Below are positions 1 through 6,849 of a stretch of DNA of 64,000 bases, piece by piece. Below the pieces are notes generated by a model, which was not told the DNA's origin, ran no database searches, and worked only from the letters and a program-made list of their open reading frames with translations. Source of the DNA: an uncultured Gemmatimonadaceae bacterium (lineage in GTDB: Bacteria > Gemmatimonadota > Gemmatimonadetes > Gemmatimonadales > Gemmatimonadaceae). The DNA lies in the NCBI GenBank assembly GCA_963773545.1, contig CAVZBP010000003.1:862609-926608 (forward strand), given 5' to 3'. A program made the position numbers and the translations under genes. Each line of letters starts with the position of its first letter. Positions within the stretch are counted from its first letter, which is position 1.

Positions 1-1414
1 CGCCCGTCGCGGTAGTGGGCGTCGGCGAGGTTCTTATGGAGTTGCGCAAGGGTGCTGTCCTCGTGCAGGCCGGCTTCCGCCGCGCGCTGCGCCCCGGCGT
101 GGTCCCCGCTGCGCTCGAGAATGACCGCCCGCGTGTTGTAGAGGACCGCGGCGTGGGGATGCAGGTCGCAGCCCTCTGTGGCCAGCGCCAGCGCGCGGTC
201 GAGATCGCCCGTCAGCGCCGCCGTGAGCGCCGCGTAGTGGAACCACGCGGCCGACGGCGGCTGGCGTCCCCAGAGCGCGCGCGCCGACGCGAGGACGCGG
301 TCGGCCGTCTCGGTGTCGCCGCGCTTGAGCGCGAGCACGCCCAGGGACGTGCGGACGCGCGCATCGTCCCCGCCGCCACGCTGGAGCGCCTCCTCCAGCG
401 CCCGTTGCGCATCCGCATAGCGACCGAGCTGTTCGAGCGCGTACCCCAGGTTGTGGAACACCGCCGGACGCGCGCCCGCTTGCGCCCCCGCCAGTTCGAG
501 GAGTTCCACCGCCTCGTCCCACTGGTGGCGGCGCATCGCGACCAGCGCCAGATAGAAGCGGGCCTGCACATCCCCGTCGCGCAGCTCGATCACCCGGCGA
601 AATTCGCGCAACGCCTCGTCCAGCATGCCCGTCTTGTAGAACGCCACGCCCAGGTTGCGGTGCTCCTCCACCCGCGCTTCCTTCACCGTGGCGTCCGCCG
701 GCTTGGACTTGCCCACGCGCTGCAGGAAGCCCGCCGACACGAGCCCATAGAGCGCCTTCGCAACGGAGAACTCCGCCAGCCCGGACGCGTCGACGAGCGC
801 GGTGACGTCGCGCTCGCCGTCCACCAACGGAAGCACCTGCTCCTGCTCCGGCGTGAGTGGCGCGTCGCTGTGGGCCACCCGCTCGCGATCGACACCGAAG
901 ATGAGATCGAAGCTCGGAATCTTCTTCTCGATCAGGCTCCATTCGTCCACCCGCCGCGCGCCCTCCAGCAGCAGCGCGTCGGGGCTGATCGACACCACGA
1001 AGTCGCGGGCGTCGGGGCGCACCTCCGCATCGAAGCTGAACGTGCCCTGCGTCCAGGTGAACAGGTAGTAGACCGCCTCCTCGATCTGGACGCGGATGTA
1101 CTGGTGCAGCTCCTCACGCGACAAGATCTCGCGCTCGATGAGAATCTCACCGAGCCGCATGTCACGGTGGGTGTTCTGCATCTGCACCGCCTCGTCGAGC
1201 TCCTGCTGTGTGATGACCCCGTTCTTCACCAGGACGTCGCCCAACCGATCGCGGCGATTGACGATCGACGCGTACGAGATGCGGCCCCGATCGAAGTAGA
1301 CGTAGCCGAAGCTGCCCCGGTCCGCCACGCTGAGGCATCCGGTCTTCTGCCCCATGGACAGGAGCTGGAGCACGTCGGGGAGACTGGCCTCGCGGAGGCT
1401 GCCCTTGATGGCCA
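1..1414 (-). CDS. DUF4388 domain + TPR repeat protein (partial; C-terminus beyond left window edge)
   Basis: Minus-strand ORF absent from the track because it has no stop inside the window. My translation from ATG at ~1414 begins MAIKGSLREASLPDVLQLLSMGQKTGCLSV..., which fits the DUF4388 consensus (as I recall Pfam PF14332); downstream are TPR-like helices. It is a paralog of the 5702..6847 protein. The start abuts the stop of the upstream DnaA-like gene. Confidence 0.75.
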
Positions 1415-3346
1415 TTAGCGCATCTCCTCGCTGGCCAAACCGCTCAGCTCGGGCCACTCCCACACCACCTTCTCGCGATCGAGAAAGAACGCGTCGACCC
1501 CCACCGCGCCCTCGGCGAGCGTGGGCGCGGCGGCAAGCGTGGTGCCTTCCAGCTCGGCCTGCGCGAAGGCAGGAGTAATGGCGACATCCGAGATCGCCGC
1601 GGCCTGCCGCAGCCGCGCGACCGTGCACAGCAATTCGGCCACGCTCGCGGTGGGGCGCGCGGCGAGGTAGGTGATCAGTTCTTCGTCCGGCGCCGCGTCG
1701 TCGCTGGCCAGCGCGCGCGCGAGAACGCGCGTGCGCAACTCGCGATCGGGCGCGCGGATCTCGACCACCAGCCCGCCGCCAAACCGGGAGCGGAGGCGCT
1801 CGTCCACTCCGTCCAACGCCTTGGGCGGTCGGTCGCCCGCGAGGACGATCTGCTTCCCATCGGCGTACAAGCTGTTGAACAGGTGAAACAGCTCCTCCTG
1901 CGCGCGTTCCGTTCCGGCACAATCCTGCACGTCGTCCAGCAGCAACGCGTCCACGTCGCGATAGCGCGCGCGCCACCGTTCGATCGCGCCCTCCTGCAGG
2001 GCCGCGATCAGCTCCTCCACGAACTGACCAGCCGCGAGGCACGCCACGCGCATGGCGCCGCCACGGGTCGCCACCAGCTCGCTCGCCATGGAGTGGATGA
2101 GGTGCGATTTGCCCACGCCCGCCGGCCCGTGGATGTAGAGCGGGTTGTACTTGCGCCCGGGTTCTTCCACCACCTCATCCGCGGCGTGCACGGCGAGCTG
2201 ATTGGAGGGACCGACCTCCAGGGTGGCGCGGGCGAACTCGGCCCTCGGCTCCGGCCACGCCGACCTCCCGGACACCAGGCGCGCCACCGTCTCCTCCGCT
2301 TCATCCACCCGATCGGGATCGCGCATCAGCTCGCTGCGCGCGAGCGACTCATCCAGCCCCTCGACGTCCGCGGACAGCCGCCGCAACCGGTCGACATCGT
2401 GCTCGAAGTGCGCGAGCAGGTCGTCGACGCCCGGATCCTCTGCGCGCTCGAGCGCCTGCTCCAGGCGATCCACGCGGTAGCCCAGCTGCTGCCATTCGGT
2501 GATGGCCTCGCCCACCCGCGCGCGCCAGGGCGCGATGTTCTCGGCCACGGCGCCGGCCAGCTCGTGCAGGAAGCTCGAGAACTCGTCTCCCACCGACGCA
2601 CTCACCGCCGGGGTGAGTGTCTTACTCGCGTCCAGGCGCTCACCGAGCAACGCCCGCACGTTTCCGCGCGTCACCCGCTGCTGTCCGAGTGTGGAGCAGG
2701 CGACGAGCCGATTGAGCGCGCCTTGCAGTTCGCGCACGTTGCTGAACCCGAGTCGCGCCACCTCCTCGACGACGCCCGGCTCGAACTCCACGCTGCGCTC
2801 CTGACACTTGCGGCGCAGGATCGCCACGCGCGTTTCGTAGTCGGGTGGGGCGATGTCGACGATCAGGCCGCCGGAAAAACGCGTGATGAGGCGCTCGTCG
2901 AGCTCGGCGATCTCCGCCGGCGGCCGGTCGCTCGTGAGCACGACCTGGCGACCGGTCCGCTGCAACGCGTTGAACAGGCGCAGCATCTCACTCTGCGTCT
3001 CGCGATGCCCGGCGAGGAACTGCACATCGTCCAATAGCAGCATGTCAATGGTGTCGAAGCGCTGCTTGAAACCGTCGCTCCGGCCGGCCGAGATCGCCTC
3101 ATGCAGTTGTTCCACGAACTCGTCGAGCGTGGCGTAGTAGATCGTCAGCTCGGGCGTCAACTGGTGGGCCATCTGTCCGATGGCCGTCAACAGGTGCGTC
3201 TTGCCGAGCCCCGACCCGCTGTACAGAAACAACGGGTTGTACGCCGCCCCCGGTGCGTGCGCGACCGCGTTCGCCGCCGCCACCGCCAACCGATTGGCGG
3301 CGCCGACCACGAAATTCTCGAACCGGTAGCGCTCGTCGAGACTCAC
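1415..3346 (-). CDS. tandem DnaA-like AAA+ ATPase domain protein (two DnaA domain-III-like modules; no DnaA N-terminal domain and no DNA-binding domain IV)
   Basis: 643 aa. The N-terminus FENFVVGAANRLAVAAANAVAHAPGAAYNPLFLYSGSGLGKTHLL matches the DnaA/Hda domain III signature with a Walker A motif. A second copy sits near residue 380: NQLAVHAADEVVEEPGRKYNPLYIHGPAGVGKSHLIHSM. Both have Walker B-like LLLDDVQ motifs. The start overlaps the mglA stop (GTGA). Confidence 0.8.
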   Translation of the reverse strand: MSLDERYRFENFVVGAANRLAVAAANAVAHAPGAAYNPLFLYSGSGLGKTHLLTAIGQMAHQLTPELTIYYATLDEFVEQLHEAISAGRSDGFKQRFDTIDMLLLDDVQFLAGHRETQSEMLRLFNALQRTGRQVVLTSDRPPAEIAELDERLITRFSGGLIVDIAPPDYETRVAILRRKCQERSVEFEPGVVEEVARLGFSNVRELQGALNRLVACSTLGQQRVTRGNVRALLGERLDASKTLTPAVSASVGDEFSSFLHELAGAVAENIAPWRARVGEAITEWQQLGYRVDRLEQALERAEDPGVDDLLAHFEHDVDRLRRLSADVEGLDESLARSELMRDPDRVDEAEETVARLVSGRSAWPEPRAEFARATLEVGPSNQLAVHAADEVVEEPGRKYNPLYIHGPAGVGKSHLIHSMASELVATRGGAMRVACLAAGQFVEELIAALQEGAIERWRARYRDVDALLLDDVQDCAGTERAQEELFHLFNSLYADGKQIVLAGDRPPKALDGVDERLRSRFGGGLVVEIRAPDRELRTRVLARALASDDAAPDEELITYLAARPTASVAELLCTVARLRQAAAISDVAITPAFAQAELEGTTLAAAPTLAEGAVGVDAFFLDREKVVWEWPELSGLASEEMR

Positions 3347-3960
3347 CGGGCCAGCGCCTCCGTGACGGGGGCGTTGGCGCTCAGACGCTTCAGCACGAAC
3401 TCCGAGATGCCGCGCAACGTCTCGAACACCCCGGTGCCGTGCAGCGCATCGGCGGCAAAGGAAGGAACCTCGCGGAAGTTCAGTGCGTCCTCGAGCTCCG
3501 GCACGTCCAGAATGAGATCCGGCGGGAGATCGCGCTTGTTGTACTGGATCACGAGCGGAATGCCACGCACGTCCACACCCTGCTCCGCGAGGTTGGCGTG
3601 CAAGTCCTGCATGCTCTCAATGTTTTCGTCCCGCTGCCGTGTCTGACTGTCAGCCACGAACACCACGCCATCCGCACCCTGCAGCACGAGCTTGCGCGTG
3701 GTGTGATAGTAGACCTGTCCCGGGACCGTGTAGAGTTGCAGGCGCGTGGTGAATCCCGAGATTGCCCCCAGGTCGAGCGGCAGGAAGTCGAAGAACAGGG
3801 TCCGGTCCGTCTGCGTGGCCAGCGACACCATGTTGCCGCGGCGTGCGTCCGGCACCCGTTGATAGATGTAGTGCAAGTTGGTCGTCTTGCCCGACCGCCC
3901 TGGGCCGTAGTAGACGATCTTGCAGGTGATCTCGCGGGTGGCGTAGTTGACGAGCGACAC
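3343..3960 (-). CDS. mglA: MglA, Ras-like small GTPase (mutual gliding motility protein A family)
   Basis: 205 aa. The sequence is near-collinear with M. xanthus MglA as I recall it. It has a P-loop YYGPGRSGKTT, the MglA-specific switch-II TVPGQ (in place of DxxGQ), VFVADSQ, and NKRD. The start is GTG, 7 nt after the mglB TAA stop. Confidence 0.9.
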   Translation of the reverse strand: MSLVNYATREITCKIVYYGPGRSGKTTNLHYIYQRVPDARRGNMVSLATQTDRTLFFDFLPLDLGAISGFTTRLQLYTVPGQVYYHTTRKLVLQGADGVVFVADSQTRQRDENIESMQDLHANLAEQGVDVRGIPLVIQYNKRDLPPDLILDVPELEDALNFREVPSFAADALHGTGVFETLRGISEFVLKRLSANAPVTEALAR

Positions 3961-3967
3961 GGCGGGC

Positions 3968-4477
3968 TTAGGGAGAGGGTGGCAAGGGACGGCCGCTCAC
4001 GTCGAGCCGAGGGGCCCGTCCGAAGAGCGCCGCGAGACTGCGATCAAGCTCGCGCTCGAAGTCAGCAGCGAGCGTGGGCGCGGGGGTCGCGGCGCCGGGT
4101 GATGCGGCGGCCAGGCGCTCGCGGAATTCGCGGAAGTACAGCTGCACCAGCCCCAGCGAACTCGCGCGATCGAACACGGCCAGCAACACATACCGTTCGT
4201 GCGCGGTGGGCACGTCGGCCATGAAGATTTGCCGCTCGCGGCCGGCGTGGTGCAGTTCTCCAAACGGCACGCCGCCCACCTCGCGCCCCAGCGCGCCGGC
4301 GGAGGCCGAGATACCGGCGGCGAGTGCGCATGCGGCCATGACGTCCACCGCCCGCGTGAACCCGTGCTGCCCCAGCACCTGCCCGCTGGGATGCAACAGC
4401 AGGGCGAACAGGATGTTCGCCTCTTCCACGAACGGGCGCAGCGGCGCCTCGACCCAGTCCGCCGCGACGGTCGTCAC
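3968..4477 (-). CDS. mglB: MglB, roadblock/LC7 domain GAP for MglA
   Basis: This is the C-terminal 170 aa of track ORF 3968..4840. The start is the GTG of VTTVAADWVEAPL..., which overlaps the TGA of the upstream roadblock gene (GTGA). The core FTRAVDVMAACALAAGISASAGALGREVGGVPFGELHHAGRERQIFMADVPTAHERYVLLAVFDRASSLGLVQLYF aligns with the MglB roadblock fold and its conserved xLGLVxL motif. Confidence 0.75.
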   Translation of the reverse strand: MTTVAADWVEAPLRPFVEEANILFALLLHPSGQVLGQHGFTRAVDVMAACALAAGISASAGALGREVGGVPFGELHHAGRERQIFMADVPTAHERYVLLAVFDRASSLGLVQLYFREFRERLAAASPGAATPAPTLAADFERELDRSLAALFGRAPRLDVSGRPLPPSP

Positions 4478-4822
4478 GCGAGCGCTCCGGCCGCACGCAG
4501 CATGGTGGAGCGGATGAGCCCCACGTTCGCGCCCGTTTCGGCCAGGACCGCGAGCACCAGTTCGCCGTGGCCGAGCACGCACAGAATGCCCGCGCGACGC
4601 GTCGAGCCGGAGAAAGGACACGGCGCCGAGCCCCGCCGCGCCGCTGGCCCATCGTGAGCGGCGATGCAGCGCCGCAGCCAGTGCGGCCAGCGCCGGTCCG
4701 TCCACGCGCTCCTGCAGCAGGGCGTCGACCACGATGCCATCCTCCTCCCCGGCCACGAGGCAGCCGAGGACGCCGCGATGCCGCGCCAGCGGCTCGAGCA
4801 GGGTGGCAAAGGCCGATTTCAT
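4474..4822 (-). pseudogene. MglB-like roadblock/LC7 paralog interrupted by a single-base frameshift (or a sequencing error in a GGG run)
   Basis: The N-terminal part, MKSAFATLLEPLARHRGVLGCLVAGEEDGIVVDALLQERVDGPALAALAAALHRRSRWASGAAGLGAVSFLRLDASRG, is in the frame of ORF 3968..4840. The C-terminal part, ILCVLGHGELVLAVLAETGANVGLIRSTMLRAAGALA*, is in the frame of ORF 4474..4809. The joined sequence gives a clean roadblock domain: F-x8-L-x3-VG-x4-VLVV...LGLVR. The shift maps to about 4589-4594, one extra nucleotide in a GGG run. The ATG overlaps the stop of the upstream TPR-roadblock gene (ATGA). Confidence 0.55.
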
Positions 4823-5709
4823 GCGTCCGCTCCCAGCCAATCAGTCGCTCGCGCACGGCACCGCTCCAGGAGGCGCCGCACATACCCTAACGGGGTGTCG
4901 CGCGACGACAGCGTGACCAGCAGCGCCCCTTCTGCTACTGGCGCCAGCGCCACTGCCGCCTCATCGGTTTCGCACACCACGAGGTGCCACTCGCCCAGCG
5001 CGAGGTGCTTGACTGCACGTTCGGCTTCGTCGCGCACCCCTGACAATTCGACGCCGACTTCCTGGGACGCGTCACGCCCGTCCATCGTGGGATACTGCCC
5101 CGCCGCGACGAGCCCATCGGCGTCGAGCAGCACCACGGCATGGGCGCCGCCCGCCACGAGGTCGGCAAACAACTCGCGCGCGTCGCCCATGGGCGACGGG
5201 TGGCCATTCTCGGCAGCAGCGCCATGCCCGTTCACCGCCACCCACGCGTTTCCGCCGCCGTCGGCCGGTGGCGGACCGTTCCCGGGCAGCGCACCCGCTT
5301 CCTTGCCGTCGCTGCCCCGCCGCACCATGGCGAGCGCGGTGGCGATCGACTCGTCGTCCGGCTCCATCGACGCCGCCTCGGCGAGCAAGCGCTCGGCCGC
5401 ACGGACGTCGCCTTGCTTGAAGAGGATGTAACCGAGCCCCTTGCGCGCTCCCAGGTGCGTCGGGGCAAGGCGCAGCACCGTTTCCCACGCCTCGCGCGCG
5501 CGGTCGAGCGCGCCGCGATCCACGCAGACGCGCGCCAGGAGATCGTGCGCCTCCGGGCTCGCCTCGTGGCGCTGGACGCCGCGCTCGGCGACCTTGAGCG
5601 CCACGTCCAGATCCGCGCGGCGCCGCAGCGCTTCCGCCAGACGCAGGTAGACCGGGCTGCCGGGATCACGCGCCAGCTCATCGCTCAATCGGCGGATCTC
5701 GTCAGCCAT
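4819..5709 (-). CDS. TPR repeat protein with C-terminal roadblock/LC7-like domain
   Basis: 296 aa. The N-terminal half is TPR-like (LRLAEALRRRADLDVALKVAERGVQRHEASPEAHDLLARVCV...). The C-terminal roughly 110 aa, AVVLLDADGLVAAGQYP...LALGEWHLVVCETDEAAVALAPVAEGALLVTLSSRDTPLGYVRRLLE, has the roadblock pattern. The ATG overlaps the stop of the DUF4388 gene (ATGGCTGA). Confidence 0.7.
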   Translation of the reverse strand: MADEIRRLSDELARDPGSPVYLRLAEALRRRADLDVALKVAERGVQRHEASPEAHDLLARVCVDRGALDRAREAWETVLRLAPTHLGARKGLGYILFKQGDVRAAERLLAEAASMEPDDESIATALAMVRRGSDGKEAGALPGNGPPPADGGGNAWVAVNGHGAAAENGHPSPMGDARELFADLVAGGAHAVVLLDADGLVAAGQYPTMDGRDASQEVGVELSGVRDEAERAVKHLALGEWHLVVCETDEAAVALAPVAEGALLVTLSSRDTPLGYVRRLLERCRARATDWLGADA

Positions 5710-6847
5710 CGCTGTGCTCCGTGAGCAGCGTACGCAGGCGGCCCGCGGCGTCGGCGGCCGCGCGGACGCGCTGCGCGTCGGGGGCCGCCGGCATCATGCG
5801 CAGATAGCGGTTCCAGCTATTGAGCGCCTCCTCGAACTGCCCGCGCGCGGCGGCCGCGTAGCCAAGCTCGAGGTGCACATCCGCGTTAAGCGTGTCGAGC
5901 TGACGCGCGCGGTGCAACTCCTCCACCGCGTCTCCGTGACGGCCGGCACGCGCCATGGCGCGCGCCAGCGTGAGTCGCGCCTCGGCCGACTGAGGGTCGG
6001 CCACGATGGCCTGGCGCGCCGCCATCATCGCGCCCTCCGCGTCACCGGCGCGCAACGCCCGCGTGGCCTGCTCCAGATGCGGCTCGGCATCGCTCGCGAT
6101 GCCGCCGCGCGCCTGCGCCGCGCCGTCCGGCTCGAACAGCTCCACCACGCCCGTGGAGAGCAGGCCATAGACGATGCGCGCCACCTCGAATTCGCTGCGC
6201 GCCAGATTCGCGGCAATGGCGCGCAGATCGCGGCTGCCATCGATCTCGGCGAGGACCGCCCACTCGTTGGGGAGCAGATCGAGCAGCGTGGGATGGTCGT
6301 CGCTCACCGGGGCGAGCACCGGAACGACACCCAGGTGACGGACCCGTCCCTCGATCCGCGACCATTCGTCGATCCGCCGCGCGCCTTCCATGAGCAGCGA
6401 TTCGGTGGAGATGCGGCTCATCGCCTCGGCGGGGATGTCGCCGAGCTGTCCCTCCTCGAACGAGAAGTATCCCTCGCTCCACGACGTGAGCTCGAAGACC
6501 ACTTCTTCCACCTGGAAGCGCACCTGCCGCTCCAATTCGCGTGGCGTAATCGCCCGCATCGCGATCAGCACTTCTCCCAGCTTGCGCGTGTCGCCACGCT
6601 CCTGCTGCTGGCGCGCGCGGAGCAGATCGCCCTCCGCGATGCGGCCCGAGCGCACGAGCAACTGGCCCAGCGGATGCGGGTTGCTCCGGATGGACGCGTA
6701 CACGACAGCCCCGCCGTCGAAGTACACGGTGCCTTGATTGTCACGCAGCGCGGACGTCACGGTGAGCGTGCCGGTCTTCCGACTCAGGTCGAGCAACTGG
6801 AACACGTCGTGGATGCCCAGTTCGCGGAGCGGTCCCTCGATCGCCAC
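5702..6847 (-). CDS. DUF4388 domain + TPR repeat protein
   Basis: The true start is probably a GTG (V58 of track ORF 5702..7018). It is preceded by AGGAGG and sits 2 nt after the TGA of the upstream TPR gene. The N-terminus VAIEGPLRELGIHDVFQLLDLSRKTGTLTVTSALRDNQGTVYFDGGAVVYA fits DUF4388. A middle region is conserved with the left-edge paralog, and the C-terminus is TPR. The track residues upstream of V58 are R/P-rich junk. Confidence 0.75.
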   Translation of the reverse strand: MAIEGPLRELGIHDVFQLLDLSRKTGTLTVTSALRDNQGTVYFDGGAVVYASIRSNPHPLGQLLVRSGRIAEGDLLRARQQQERGDTRKLGEVLIAMRAITPRELERQVRFQVEEVVFELTSWSEGYFSFEEGQLGDIPAEAMSRISTESLLMEGARRIDEWSRIEGRVRHLGVVPVLAPVSDDHPTLLDLLPNEWAVLAEIDGSRDLRAIAANLARSEFEVARIVYGLLSTGVVELFEPDGAAQARGGIASDAEPHLEQATRALRAGDAEGAMMAARQAIVADPQSAEARLTLARAMARAGRHGDAVEELHRARQLDTLNADVHLELGYAAAARGQFEEALNSWNRYLRMMPAAPDAQRVRAAADAAGRLRTLLTEHSDG

Positions 6848-6849
6848 GG

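Noticed and set aside
15-1418. 467-aa plus-strand ORF covering the left edge
   Set aside because: It has R/A/G-rich low-complexity composition typical of an antisense frame in high-GC DNA. The minus strand here encodes a clean DUF4388-TPR protein that runs off the edge.
3968-4840. Reading the 290-aa ORF as one tandem-roadblock protein
   Set aside because: The middle ~40 residues of that frame are R/G-rich junk, whereas the neighbouring frame has a textbook roadblock C-terminus ending in GTGA coupling. The better model is two genes plus a frameshift.
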